Positions 10,145-20,295 of a stretch of DNA of 58,168 bases are shown here, one piece after another. How positions within the stretch are numbered: position 1 is the first letter of the stretch; each line of letters opens with the position of its first letter. Below the pieces are notes generated by a model. That model saw only the letters and a list, made by a program, of their open reading frames with translations. It was not told where the DNA came from and made no database searches. The stretch is from Ferroacidibacillus organovorans (lineage in GTDB: Bacteria > Bacillota > Bacilli > Alicyclobacillales > SLC66): NCBI RefSeq assembly GCF_001642725.1, contig NZ_LSUQ01000012.1, positions 1-58,168 of the forward strand. The letters run 5' to 3'. The position numbers and the translations under genes are program-made.

Positions 10145-11037
10145 CAGATTTTATTTGTGTTGATGTGTTTGACATGGGGCTGTATACAGGCAACCCACTC
10201 GCCGTCTTTCTCAAGGGCGAGTCGTATGACGACAAAACGATGCAAATGCTTGCGCGTGAGATGAATTTATCAGAAGTCACTTTTATGATGTCCGATTCGA
10301 TCACCGCCATCGACGGTGTTCCGACTGTAGATGTGCGCATCTTTACACCCGCCGCAGAGATTCCATTCGCTGGTCACCCCACCCTTGGGACAGCCTATGT
10401 CTTTCAACAGGAGTTCCTTAAACAGGCATTTCCCTCGGTCAATCTGCGAATGAAAGTGGGGATCATCCCTGTTGATTTGAGGTATGATGGCGATCGTTTG
10501 CGCCAACTTGTGATGACACAGAACCAGCCGAGCTTTTTGCAAACGTATTCGCGCGCAGCGATCGCGCCCATTTTGTCACTGACAGAAGATGATATCGATG
10601 ATGCAATGCCGATTCAAATTGTGTCGACCGGATTGCCCTTTTTAATTGTCCCCTTAAAGCATCTTGCGGGGGCACAACGCGCGCGAATTTACGAAGCCGC
10701 TCTTGAAGATGCTTTTCGTGGAGAAGAACTCCCGAATTTTCTCATCTATACAGCAGAGACAGTCGATCATCACGACTATCACGTTCGCGTGTTCGTACCA
10801 GAATTGGGCGTTTCTGAGGACCCTGCCACAGGAAGCGCAAACGGCTGCCTGTGTGCCTATCTAAGCAAGTATGACGCAAAGAGGCAGGGGCACTTTCGGG
10901 CCACTGTCGAACAGGGATACGCCTTAAAACGTCCAAGTCTGCTCTACCTTGAAGGAGAGCGTAAAGCAGAAAACTACCTGATCCAGGTCGGTGGACAAGT
11001 CACACCTGTCTATCGCGGTACCCTCACACGACCCTAA
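10141..11037 (+). CDS. PhzF family isomerase
   Basis: VDVF..GNPLAV, EMNLSE, EIPFAGHPTLG, EDPATGSA, EQG. Confidence 0.92.
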   Translation: MTDFICVDVFDMGLYTGNPLAVFLKGESYDDKTMQMLAREMNLSEVTFMMSDSITAIDGVPTVDVRIFTPAAEIPFAGHPTLGTAYVFQQEFLKQAFPSVNLRMKVGIIPVDLRYDGDRLRQLVMTQNQPSFLQTYSRAAIAPILSLTEDDIDDAMPIQIVSTGLPFLIVPLKHLAGAQRARIYEAALEDAFRGEELPNFLIYTAETVDHHDYHVRVFVPELGVSEDPATGSANGCLCAYLSKYDAKRQGHFRATVEQGYALKRPSLLYLEGERKAENYLIQVGGQVTPVYRGTLTRP

Positions 11038-11067
11038 GCATTTTTCTAACCATCCAAGGCATATCTC

Positions 11068-11099
11068 AAAAACGCCGCCCCCCTTATGGAGAGCGGCGC
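11068..11099 (-). terminator. rho-independent terminator of the small gene
   Basis: CGCCGCTCTCC..GGGGGGCGGCG then TTTTT on the minus strand. Confidence 0.75.
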
Positions 11100-11109
11100 A
11101 TTGCGTTCA

Positions 11110-11304
11110 CTAGCGATGATCCGGGTTTACAACAGCTGAGACGCGTTCGACTGCACTTTTTCCAAGCTCGACGGCAGCATTCGCCGTTCCGCTAATCGCT
11201 TCACCTGCCGCATTCAACATCTGCCCGTTTTGAGCTTTGTCTTGTGCGTTGTGCGCGCCTTTGGAAAACTCTCGTCCAGCTTTGCGCATATGGTACTCGT
11301 TCAA
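11110..11304 (-). CDS. small Ala/Asn/Gln-rich hypothetical protein (~64 aa), possibly a spore protein
   Basis: GAGAGGGG RBS, TTG 11304 (alternative ATG 11313), own terminator, SigG-like promoter. Confidence 0.65.
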   Translation of the reverse strand: MNEYHMRKAGREFSKGAHNAQDKAQNGQMLNAAGEAISGTANAAVELGKSAVERVSAVVNPDHR

Positions 11305-11342
11305 CGGAACCATCCCCTCTCTCATCCGTGGTACGCAAGACA

Positions 11343-11372
11343 TAGCATGCGCGAATGGAGCACTCCCTATGC
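11343..11372 (-). promoter_or_regulatory. SigG-like forespore promoter
   Basis: GCATA-N18-CATGCTA versus B. subtilis SigG consensus GHATA-N17/18-CATACTA. Confidence 0.6.
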
Positions 11373-11445
11373 ATCGCGCGAGAGGGAATCATTGTAGCGC
11401 GACGACACGCGCAACCTGTGCACTGCGAGGTAGGATACTTATGCG

Positions 11446-12255
11446 CTAAACTGCGGTGTACATCTCCATGCGCAATTTGTCGGCAACCATCGCGATAAAC
11501 TCCGAGTTTGTCGGTTTGGCCTTGCTTGTGCTGATCGTATGCCCAAACACTCGCGAGATGGACTCCGTATTCCCACGGCTCCACGCCACCTCAATCGCGT
11601 GGCGAATCGCTCGCTCCACACGCGAAGACGTCGTACTGTATTTGCCAGCAATCTTAGGATAAAGAATTTTTGTGACCGATCCGAGAATATCGACATCGTC
11701 GTATACAATCGTTATGGCCTCACGTAGGTATTGATAACCTTTGATATGTGCGGGTACGCCGATCTCGTGAATGATCGTCGTAATCAGTTGATCAAGCGTA
11801 CGAGGTCTTGTCGTTCCGTATGTAGGGCGACTCTCAAATTCTGACGCTGAAGTTTTGGACATTCTCCCCGATGGCGAATACGATGTGGCCACATCGCGAA
11901 TGCGGCTCACAAGGACATCAAGATCAAACGGTTTGATGACATAGTACAGTGCGCCAAGGTCGAGCGCTTTGCGCGTAACACGATCCTGCCCAAACGCGGT
12001 CAACATAATGATTTTTGGAAGTGGCACACTACGATTTGCGTTTAAACGCTCCAACACCCCGATTCCATCGAGGTTTGGCATGATGATGTCAAGAACGACG
12101 ACATCCGGACGAATGGTTTCAATGGCGGATAATACCTCGAGTCCATTGTTTGCGACGCCAACGACATCCATGTCGGTTTGTTCACCGATATAATCCACTA
12201 ACAGATCGGCAAACTCCCGATTGTCGTCTGCAATGAGTACACGTATGCTTTCCAC
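11446..12255 (-). CDS. spo0A: sporulation master regulator Spo0A
   Basis: Receiver domain (ADDN, LDIIMP) plus [38 protein letters not shown]. Confidence 0.99.
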   Translation of the reverse strand: MESIRVLIADDNREFADLLVDYIGEQTDMDVVGVANNGLEVLSAIETIRPDVVVLDIIMPNLDGIGVLERLNANRSVPLPKIIMLTAFGQDRVTRKALDLGALYYVIKPFDLDVLVSRIRDVATSYSPSGRMSKTSASEFESRPTYGTTRPRTLDQLITTIIHEIGVPAHIKGYQYLREAITIVYDDVDILGSVTKILYPKIAGKYSTTSSRVERAIRHAIEVAWSRGNTESISRVFGHTISTSKAKPTNSEFIAMVADKLRMEMYTAV

Positions 12256-12291
12256 GATGACTGAGCCCCCTAAATGCCTGACTCTTCTCTA

Positions 12292-12364
12292 ATTCGACAT
12301 TCAATTCTTCCTTCCTTGCCATTTCGCGAAAAAATTTATCGGGGGATTCAGACAATATTCGACA
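12292..12364 (-). promoter_or_regulatory. spo0A SigH promoter with two 0A boxes
   Basis: AGGA(12316-12313)-N17-GAAT(12295-12292). TGTCGAA at 12299-12293 (overlapping the -10) and at 12364-12358. Confidence 0.75.
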
Positions 12365-12406
12365 AACGTGTAGAAAATGATGGTTTAAAAAAAGAGAGGT
12401 GCCCGA

Positions 12407-13522
12407 TCAGGCTGCCTCTCGCGGGTGTTGAAGATGTATGTGAACAGCTTTTTGCACCATCCACAAAGCATAGATGCCATACCCTTGGGTTGGGTCATTC
12501 ACGAAAACATGTGTCACAGCTCCAATCAATCGCCCATCTTGCAGCAAAGGACTTCCGGACATGCCTTGCACAATTCCACCCGTTTTGGCGAGAAGCACAG
12601 GATCGACCACTTTTATGACTAATCCTTTACTCTCCGGGTGGTCTTGACGAAGCGTGCGCACAACCATAACGCGAAATGATTCGACGCGCTGACCAGAGAT
12701 GACTGTTAGAAGTTGAGCAGGACCTGCATGGACTTGTTCGAGTCGTGCGACTTCGATCGGTTTATTTAAAACGGTGTCACCCGGAGGACTCATCAGTCTG
12801 CCAAAAACCCCGAATTCGTGATTGTCCTCGATGGTTCCAAGCACCCGATGATCATTGACAAACGATCCTCTCTTTTCACCCGGTTGCCCACTCTCCCCAC
12901 GTTCGATTGAAGTCACTGATGCGTGCACGATCTGTCCCCGACCAAGGATCGGTTCCCCTGTGTCAACGTCTGTGATCACATGCCCAAGCGCCCCAAACTG
13001 ATTCGTCTTTGGAAGATAAAACGAGAGCGTTCCAACGCCTGATGCCGTATCTCGGATGAACAGTCCGATGCGATATCCGCCTGAGTCATCGTCAAACTCT
13101 GGTTTTACATGGATGGCTAGCGGCGCTTTTTGGCGGATGACGTGAAACGTTGCGGTGCGATGCAACGCGGCCGCATTGTTTACACACTGCGTAACTTGTT
13201 CAATTGCATTGACAGGTTGTCCATCAATGGACGTGATCATGTCGCCGATGCGCACGTGCGCACGCTGTGCTGGACTTAACGAAACCTTACCCTGATGGAT
13301 GAAATGATACCCGACGACGAGTACACCCTGCGCGTGAAGTTTAATACCAATCGATTGACCTCCAGGCACGGCATAATAGGAAGAAGGCGCTGCACTCGCA
13401 TGCGACCAGAAGTGAGGTGCCCACGTCCATCCACTCGCGGCGTGTGTCGCCTGAGGCGCAGATCCCATCATGAAGAGGGTGGCGCAAAGAAGAATTGAGA
13501 GCATACGGATCATCTGCTTCAT
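12407..13522 (-). CDS. spoIVB: SpoIVB signalling peptidase (S55, PDZ)
   Basis: PGGQSIGIKL, ALGHVITD, TGGIVQGMSGSP, GAVTHVFVNDP. Position recN-spoIVB-spo0A. Confidence 0.97.
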   Translation of the reverse strand: MKQMIRMLSILLCATLFMMGSAPQATHAASGWTWAPHFWSHASAAPSSYYAVPGGQSIGIKLHAQGVLVVGYHFIHQGKVSLSPAQRAHVRIGDMITSIDGQPVNAIEQVTQCVNNAAALHRTATFHVIRQKAPLAIHVKPEFDDDSGGYRIGLFIRDTASGVGTLSFYLPKTNQFGALGHVITDVDTGEPILGRGQIVHASVTSIERGESGQPGEKRGSFVNDHRVLGTIEDNHEFGVFGRLMSPPGDTVLNKPIEVARLEQVHAGPAQLLTVISGQRVESFRVMVVRTLRQDHPESKGLVIKVVDPVLLAKTGGIVQGMSGSPLLQDGRLIGAVTHVFVNDPTQGYGIYALWMVQKAVHIHLQHPREAA

Positions 13523-13678
13523 TTGGATCCCCCTTCAGCGTGTTGTTCATCGTGCGCTTAGTCTGCCCGACGCTGCGAGGGGAATGATGCACAAAACATG
13601 GTTCAATGAGGAGAAACCATCAGAACTTGACGGAACCTTGAAGTGTACGTATTCTTTCCCTGAAGCAATCTTTCCATT

Positions 13679-15364
13679 TCAATGAGAAGAGTGACCGAGC
13701 ATTTCCATGGCCTGTGCGCGCGTCGTATCAGAAGCGTTCAATCCTCCCATCATGCGCGCCAATTCTTCAACGCGGTCCTCTTCTTTGAGTTCGCGCACCG
13801 ATGTCTTGGTGCGTCCTTCATGCGTCGTCTTTTCAATATGAAAATGGTGATTCGCAATTGCTGCAGTCTGCGCGAGATGCGTGACACAAAACACCTGATG
13901 GCGCGTAGCGATTTGCTTCATAAACCTTGCCACTGCTTGCGCAGCTTGGCCAGAAATCCCTGTGTCAATCTCGTCAAATACCAGCGTCATCACGGGATTC
14001 TTCCCTGTCATGACCGCTGAAAGCGCGAGCATGAGACGCGCCAGTTCACCGCCAGACGCGATTTTTGTGAGTGGTTTGACCATCTCTCCACGGTTCGCAC
14101 TAAAAAGCAGTTCCAGATCATCCAGACCATCTGCGCGCGGTTCTACACGTCGAATAGAGAATGTCAACGCGACATTAGGCATCACGAGCGCGTGGAGAAC
14201 ATCGGTAATTTCACGCTCAAGTTCACGCGCCACCTTGATACGCTCCTCGTGAAGCGCTTCTCCGATCACTGCAACGCTCGCCTGTGCTTGCAGTAAATCA
14301 TCGCGAAGTGTCTTGATACGCTCCTCGTGATGAATAAGTTCGTCCAATTCTTCTTGCGCCTGTTTTGCAAACCTCGTGATCTCTTCCGTCGTGTCACCGT
14401 ATTTTTTCTGCATACGTTCGATCAGTGCAAGACGATCTTCAAGCCGAGACAACTTTTCCGGTTGAAAATCGATGGATGAGCGATATGCGCGAATAAACGA
14501 AGCTGCCTCCGATACATTCACCTGAGCGACTTCTAACAGCGATAACAGCTCGCGAAGGGATGGATCCAACTCGAGCACGCTACGGATCTCTTCAAGCAGC
14601 GTGAAAAGTGCAGCTTCGATTCCTTGTGCCGCATGGGTCCCTTCATAGATCGACTCGTACACGTCGTCTATCGTTGAGCGTAGTTTACCCACGTGACGCA
14701 TTTTTGTCCGAAGCTCCCGCAGCCGCACATCCTCACTTGGCTTGAGTCGCGCATCTTCAATCTCGCGGATCTGACTCTGCAAAAGATCGATCTTACGCAC
14801 GCGCTCCTTCTCACTTTGAATCGCTCTCTTCAAATCGCGTTCAAGACTGTGAAGATGTGAAAACGCTTCACGGTAAGATTCCAACAGATGTTCGAGCGAC
14901 TCCCGCCCGTATGTATCAAGCAAGACAAGATGCTCTTCCTTGCGCATGAGTGACGTGTGGTCGTGTTGTCCGAGTTGCTCTACAAGCATCTGACCCAATT
15001 GGCGTAGAACTTGCACACTCACGAGGCGGCCATTGACGCGAGCCACTGTTTTTCCGTTTACATTCACATCGCGTGAGATCAACAATTCCTTGTCATCCAG
15101 TTCTATACCTTGCTCAGTGAGTAGCGGTTCCATACGTTGTAAAACATCATCGCGAAGATCAAAAATGCCTTCGACATGCGCGCGCACTTCTCCCGTTCTC
15201 ACGAGTTCACTACTCGCTCGCGCGCCAAGAAGCAGGCCGACCGCGTCAAGGAGAATGGACTTCCCCGCCCCCGTTTCACCGGTTAAACAGGTAAACCCTT
15301 CTTCAAACGCCAATTCGAGTGATTCGATCAACGCCAGATTGGTAACACGAATATGACGCAGCAA
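13679..15364 (-). CDS. recN: DNA repair protein RecN
   Basis: LTGETGAGKS, ASGGELAR, FDEIDTGISG, VTHL. Confidence 0.97.
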   Translation of the reverse strand: MLRHIRVTNLALIESLELAFEEGFTCLTGETGAGKSILLDAVGLLLGARASSELVRTGEVRAHVEGIFDLRDDVLQRMEPLLTEQGIELDDKELLISRDVNVNGKTVARVNGRLVSVQVLRQLGQMLVEQLGQHDHTSLMRKEEHLVLLDTYGRESLEHLLESYREAFSHLHSLERDLKRAIQSEKERVRKIDLLQSQIREIEDARLKPSEDVRLRELRTKMRHVGKLRSTIDDVYESIYEGTHAAQGIEAALFTLLEEIRSVLELDPSLRELLSLLEVAQVNVSEAASFIRAYRSSIDFQPEKLSRLEDRLALIERMQKKYGDTTEEITRFAKQAQEELDELIHHEERIKTLRDDLLQAQASVAVIGEALHEERIKVARELEREITDVLHALVMPNVALTFSIRRVEPRADGLDDLELLFSANRGEMVKPLTKIASGGELARLMLALSAVMTGKNPVMTLVFDEIDTGISGQAAQAVARFMKQIATRHQVFCVTHLAQTAAIANHHFHIEKTTHEGRTKTSVRELKEEDRVEELARMMGGLNASDTTRAQAMEMLGHSSH

Positions 15365-15379
15365 ACCCGATCCCCCTTT

Positions 15380-15829
15380 TTAAAGCAACCCCTTCACACG
15401 CTCAATGACCATTTCTGCCGCTTCATTCGAGCGACAGACGAAAAGGATGGTGTCATCCCCCGCCACTGTGCCTAATACCTCCGGCCAGTCCAACGTGTCA
15501 AATAAAAAGGCAACTGCGTGCGCATTACCGGGAATCGTGCGCATGATCACCTGATTCATCGCACTGTCAATCGCCACAAACGCGTCATTGAGCAGGCGGT
15601 GAAGTTTTACATCGGGTTGAATCGTGGACGGAGCCGTAGGAAGTGAATATTTATACCCTCCGTCCGCAGTTGGCGTCTTGATCAGATGCATCTCCTTGAT
15701 GTCCCTTGAAATGGTTGCTTGCGTTACTTGAAAACCCGCATCGCGCAAAGCATCCACCAGCTCATCTTGTGTTTCAATGACGCGCTCGGTTATAATTTCT
15801 CGAATTTTCAAAAGTCGTTGACCCTTCAC
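15380..15829 (-). CDS. argR: arginine repressor ArgR/AhrC
   Basis: TQDELV, TQATISRDIKE, GTVAGDDT. Confidence 0.97.
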   Translation of the reverse strand: MKGQRLLKIREIITERVIETQDELVDALRDAGFQVTQATISRDIKEMHLIKTPTADGGYKYSLPTAPSTIQPDVKLHRLLNDAFVAIDSAMNQVIMRTIPGNAHAVAFLFDTLDWPEVLGTVAGDDTILFVCRSNEAAEMVIERVKGLL

Positions 15830-15867
15830 GTTATCGACCTACCCTCTATCTTTCCATTGTGGTTATT

Positions 15868-16722
15868 TCAATCTCCGCGCAGTTTGGATTGGAGAATGGA
15901 GAAAAAAGATTGATCATGCAAGCGTACCAATACTGTATCGCACGATGCGCGCGTAATATCAATTCGATCGCCTGACATAAGCGCGAATCCAACCTGCCCA
16001 TCTACCGTGAGTCCAAAATCATTGTGATTAGCAAACACGGTGACTGAAACGCGCTGATTCGCGTCAATCACACAGGGACGCGCCACGAGCTTGTGTGGAC
16101 AAATCGGTGTAATCAAGATCACCTGAAGGTGCGGCAAAACGATCGGACCACCGCATGAGAGAGAATACGCGGTCGATCCGGTTGGCGTCGAGACGATCAG
16201 ACCGTCCCCTGTGAATTCTTCATACACTTCTTGATCTACCGCGACGCGAACCCCAATCATTCTGCCGAGCGCACCCTTGCCAATCCCCGCATCGTTTAGT
16301 CCAACGCCTTTGTGGACATACTGCCCGTCACGCCACACTTTTGTCTCAATCATCATGCGTCGCTCAAGCGTATAGTCTCCCTTGAGGACGCGCGAGACCG
16401 CCTTCTCTAAATCGCCCGGATCTGCCTCTGATAAAAATCCCAGATGCCCAATGTTGATGCCAATCATCGGTATCTCATAGCACGAAAATTGGCGAGCTGC
16501 TCCGAGCAGCGTTCCATCTCCCCCTAAAACAAAGAGGACGTCCACGTGATCTGCGAATTGTTCAGGGTTCATGGCGAGTTCTTCACGACCAAGGGAAGTC
16601 GCACATCGTGGATCCGTATAGACGAGACCGCCGCACTGTTGAACTGCATGAACAATTCGAGAAGCGACTTCTATCGCGTTTTGCTTCGTATGATTGCACA
16701 GCACACCAATCTTTTGAGTCAC
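15868..16722 (-). CDS. nadK: NAD(+) kinase
   Basis: LGGDGT, GHLGFL, LND, DGLIVSTPTGSTAYSLS. Start probably GTG 16722. Confidence 0.95.
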   Translation of the reverse strand: MTQKIGVLCNHTKQNAIEVASRIVHAVQQCGGLVYTDPRCATSLGREELAMNPEQFADHVDVLFVLGGDGTLLGAARQFSCYEIPMIGINIGHLGFLSEADPGDLEKAVSRVLKGDYTLERRMMIETKVWRDGQYVHKGVGLNDAGIGKGALGRMIGVRVAVDQEVYEEFTGDGLIVSTPTGSTAYSLSCGGPIVLPHLQVILITPICPHKLVARPCVIDANQRVSVTVFANHNDFGLTVDGQVGFALMSGDRIDITRASCDTVLVRLHDQSFFSILQSKLRGD

Positions 16723-16835
16723 ACGTAAACCCCTTCCCACGCTCCGTCTCAAACTTGCCGCGAAACAACAAATCCACACGCCTTTGAATGGTCACAATAG
16801 ACGGATAAAAGTCAGGTCCGAAAGTAATCTCCCCA

Positions 16836-17345
16836 TCAATGAGACTGCGCAAGCGCAAAGCCGAGCACAGCACCGATACACAGCCAGAGTAAGCGCATTC
16901 TCCACTTTCGATAACGTAAACGACTCGAAACTTCAAGCGAAAAATCGACCCATGTCAATTCATGCGTTTCTGGTTGCAAGAGGCCAACAGGCGCGTCATA
17001 AATCACATAAAGCGGCATCACATGCGATCGCAGCCAAGCACCGCTTACGCGCTCCGGATCGCGCAGTCGTTTGACTCGCACAGGACAAGGCTGTCCATCT
17101 TTTTCCACAATAAAATCAGCGAGAAGATAACTCGAAAACTTACGGTGGCCAAAGTACGTGATCGCCTCGTGAGCGATGCGTTCGTCAAGTATTTTAAACC
17201 CTATCGTTTGCAAAACTTCAGATGCGTACACAAAGCGTTCGCGCTGTGACTCGGGCTGATCGCTTTCCCAAGACGCATTGCGAAAACGAGAACGTAAAAA
17301 AAGGTAGAGAACGGTTACGCTTGTCAAAATCGCGATCACAGCCAT
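16836..17345 (-). CDS. hypothetical membrane-anchored protein, possible PD-(D/E)xK-like fold
   Basis: Hydrophobic N- and C-terminal helices; central ADFIVEKDG..PVRVK; RBS GGGGGA. Confidence 0.7.
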   Translation of the reverse strand: MAVIAILTSVTVLYLFLRSRFRNASWESDQPESQRERFVYASEVLQTIGFKILDERIAHEAITYFGHRKFSSYLLADFIVEKDGQPCPVRVKRLRDPERVSGAWLRSHVMPLYVIYDAPVGLLQPETHELTWVDFSLEVSSRLRYRKWRMRLLWLCIGAVLGFALAQSH

Positions 17346-17411
17346 GATTCATCCCCCAGACCATTCCTGTTCGCGATTCATCTGGAAAAATCCTGCATGG
17401 GATCGCCACAC

Positions 17412-18224
17412 TCACGATCGAACAAATTGGTTATGCGCCATTTGGACAACGCTATCGATTTGCACAGGGTCTGCGCGGATTTCCTGTGGATCTGCACAGA
17501 CAAAATGTCCTAGAAATTCTAGATTACCGTCTCCCCCCGTGATTGGAGAATAATCGAGGGCGAGCAAGCGCATGCCCACGCGCGCTGCACCTTCAATGAT
17601 TTCGTGGAGCACAGCCGCATGCACACTCGCCTCTCGGACAATGCCACCCTTACCGACGCGAGACGGACCCGCCTCGAACTGCGGTTTAATAAGTGAAACC
17701 AGGGACTCCCCTTTTCGCAAAATCTCGCACAATTTTGGCATGAGCGTCACAATTGAAATAAAAGATACATCCATCACCGCAAAGGTGGGATGCGGTTCAA
17801 ACCGCGTCACATCTGCATAGCGAAAATTGGTTCGCTCCATGACAACCACACGTGGGTCCTGGCGAATTTTCCACGCTAATTGACCGTAGCCCACATCGAC
17901 GGCGTACACACAGTTTGCGCCGTGTTGCAAAGCACAATCAGTAAATCCGCCGGTTGATGCACCTACATCGAGAACCGTTTGATCTTTTACATCCACGTCA
18001 AAGACGTTGAGCGCCTTTTCAAGTTTTAGTCCACCTCGGCTAACGTAGCGAGGGACTTCACCTTTTATGGAGAGATCTTGATTAAGTGGTAGTTTAGTTC
18101 CGGGTTTGTCCACGCGCTCCGTCTTTTGATAGACGAGACCTGCCATGATCAATCTGCGCGCTTTTTCACGCGTCTCGGCCAATCCAGCGCGAACAAGTAA
18201 CACATCGGCACGTTCTTTTTCCAT
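17412..18224 (-). CDS. tlyA: TlyA family rRNA 2'-O-methyltransferase
   Basis: S4 domain, YVSRGGLKL, DVGASTGGFTD, LIKPQFE. Confidence 0.96.
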   Translation of the reverse strand: MEKERADVLLVRAGLAETREKARRLIMAGLVYQKTERVDKPGTKLPLNQDLSIKGEVPRYVSRGGLKLEKALNVFDVDVKDQTVLDVGASTGGFTDCALQHGANCVYAVDVGYGQLAWKIRQDPRVVVMERTNFRYADVTRFEPHPTFAVMDVSFISIVTLMPKLCEILRKGESLVSLIKPQFEAGPSRVGKGGIVREASVHAAVLHEIIEGAARVGMRLLALDYSPITGGDGNLEFLGHFVCADPQEIRADPVQIDSVVQMAHNQFVRS

Positions 18225-20134
18225 TATTTTTTCACGAGACGCGGCGAAATGTTGCGCTTTTCGACACGCGTCTGCGCCTCACTCAGCGGTCGATGAAGCA
18301 AAGTCTCTGCCTCGCGGGCAACATGATCTGCCGTCAAGCCAACGTGGTGAAGGAGTTCTTCACGCGAGCCGTGTTCCACAAAATGATCCGCGATACCAAT
18401 CGGATGTACCCGCACCGACAGGTCGTGCGTCGCGTAGAATTCGAGAATGGCACCGCCCACACCGCCTGCCGCACTCGCCTCTTCGAGCGTCACGATCGGC
18501 ATGTCAGAGTGTGCCAGGCGCAAAAGCATCGCTTCATCGAGCGGCTTTACAAAACGCAAATTGATCACGAGCGCAGAGATTCCACGCTGATTGAGCATAA
18601 GCGCTGCGTTCTCGGCTACCGCAACCATCGGTCCGAGCGCCAGCAGGGCTACATCAGACCCTTCGCGTACAATTTCTGACACGCCGATTGGCAGTCGCAT
18701 AAACGGTTGGTCAAGCGCGACACCGCGACCGTCTTCGCGCGGGTAGCGAACCGCCACTGGCCCCTGAAGTGTCAGCGACGTAAACAGCATGTGTCGAAGC
18801 TCACCCTCATCTTTTGGCATCATAATCGTCATGTTAGGCACTGTGCGAAGAAACGCCACGTCAAAGACGCCCTGGTGCGTTTCACCGTCAGGACCTACCA
18901 ACCCTGCCCGATCAATCGCAAAGACGACAGGCAAATTTTGAATGCAGATGTCGTGAATGACCTGATCGTAGGCACGCTGTAAAAATGTGCTGTAGACGGC
19001 GAAAACAGGTCTCATACCCGCCGTGGAAAGCCCAGCGCAAAACGTTGCCGCGTGTTGCTCTGCGATGCCGACATCAAAGCAGCGCTCTGGAAATTCTGCC
19101 GCAAAGCGATTCAGCCCCGTTCCGCTCGGCATGGCAGCTGTGATCGCGACGATCCGTTCGTCCGTGCGTGCAAGTTCAGTCAGCGCATCCGCGAAGACTT
19201 GCGTGTAACTCGGCGTTGCTTTTTTCGGTTTTGTCACCGCACCGCCTACACTGTGAAGTTTGTCGGGCGCTGTTTCTGCAGAAGGATACCCTTTTCCCTT
19301 TTGCGTGACCACGTGAATCAGCACAGGACTTGTGAGTTCCTTCGCCTGTTCAAGAATAGAGAGCACGGATGACAGATCGTGACCGTTGATAGGGCCAAAG
19401 TATTTAAAGCCGAACTCTTCGAACAGCGCGCCTTGCACCATGAAATACTTAAGACTGTCTTTTGCGCGTTCTGCGGCGCCTGCCAGTTTATGGCCAATCG
19501 CGGGAATTTTTTTAAGTAGTGTCTCAATCTCACTCTTCATGCGACCATAGTGTGGGTCCGTGCGCAGTTTCGTCAAATACTGCGACACCGCACCGACATT
19601 TGGCGCGATCGACATCTCATTGTCGTTAAGAATGACAATGAGCCTCTTTTTGAGATCTCCTGCATGGTTCAACGCTTCAAACGCCATACCACCTGTCATC
19701 GCGCCATCGCCGATGACCGCTACGACGTGGTGATTCTCACCACGCAAATCGCGAGCCACCGCCATCCCAAGCGCGGCCGAGATCGACGTGCTCGCGTGAC
19801 CGACGCCAAAAAAATCGTGCGGACTCTCATTGCGCTTTGGAAACCCCGCCATGCCGCCGTATTGTCTCAGTGTGGGAAACTGCGCCTGTCTTCCAGTGAG
19901 TACTTTATGCGCATACGCTTGGTGCCCTACATCCCACAAGATGCGGTCACGCGGTGAATCAAATACATAGTGCAGCGCTACAGTAAGCTCCACGACACCG
20001 AGATTCGATCCAAAATGACCGCCGACTGCCATGATTTGTTCAATGAGAAATTGTCGGGTTTCAGCGACGAGTTGCTGGAGTTCGTCACGTGATAATGTTT
20101 TTACGTCCGAAGGATCCTTTATGATTTCAAGCAT
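18224..20134 (-). CDS. dxs: 1-deoxy-D-xylulose-5-phosphate synthase
   Basis: GGHFGSNLG, WDVGHQAY, GDGAMTGG, DVGIAEQHA, DGETHQG. ATG 20134 after AAAGGA. Confidence 0.98.
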   Translation of the reverse strand: MLEIIKDPSDVKTLSRDELQQLVAETRQFLIEQIMAVGGHFGSNLGVVELTVALHYVFDSPRDRILWDVGHQAYAHKVLTGRQAQFPTLRQYGGMAGFPKRNESPHDFFGVGHASTSISAALGMAVARDLRGENHHVVAVIGDGAMTGGMAFEALNHAGDLKKRLIVILNDNEMSIAPNVGAVSQYLTKLRTDPHYGRMKSEIETLLKKIPAIGHKLAGAAERAKDSLKYFMVQGALFEEFGFKYFGPINGHDLSSVLSILEQAKELTSPVLIHVVTQKGKGYPSAETAPDKLHSVGGAVTKPKKATPSYTQVFADALTELARTDERIVAITAAMPSGTGLNRFAAEFPERCFDVGIAEQHAATFCAGLSTAGMRPVFAVYSTFLQRAYDQVIHDICIQNLPVVFAIDRAGLVGPDGETHQGVFDVAFLRTVPNMTIMMPKDEGELRHMLFTSLTLQGPVAVRYPREDGRGVALDQPFMRLPIGVSEIVREGSDVALLALGPMVAVAENAALMLNQRGISALVINLRFVKPLDEAMLLRLAHSDMPIVTLEEASAAGGVGGAILEFYATHDLSVRVHPIGIADHFVEHGSREELLHHVGLTADHVAREAETLLHRPLSEAQTRVEKRNISPRLVKK

Positions 20135-20241
20135 CCGGCAGCGCCGTCCTTTCAGTTGTACAACAAAGTGCATATCATCGCAGTTAAAAGCATTCATCTT
20201 CGAGAAATTGTACGCGCTAAAAACATAAACTTACGAATAAA

Positions 20242-20276
20242 AGTATAGCACAGGCAAGGGTCGACGCAACCCTTGC
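20242..20276 (-). promoter_or_regulatory. SigA-like promoter for dxs overlapping an inverted repeat
   Basis: TTGCGT ... TGcTATACT extended -10; hairpin GCAAGGGT..ACCCTTGC. Confidence 0.5.
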
Positions 20277-20295
20277 GCGCGTGATGAAACTCCAC

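Noticed and set aside
10141..11037. Phenazine biosynthesis cluster
   Set aside because: Only a lone PhzF-family gene; no phzA/B/D/E/G.
13555..13595. SigF/SigG promoter for spoIVB (GCATC..GGGCAGACTA)
   Set aside because: The -10 is plausible but the spacing to the -35 is off-consensus; not supportable by eye.
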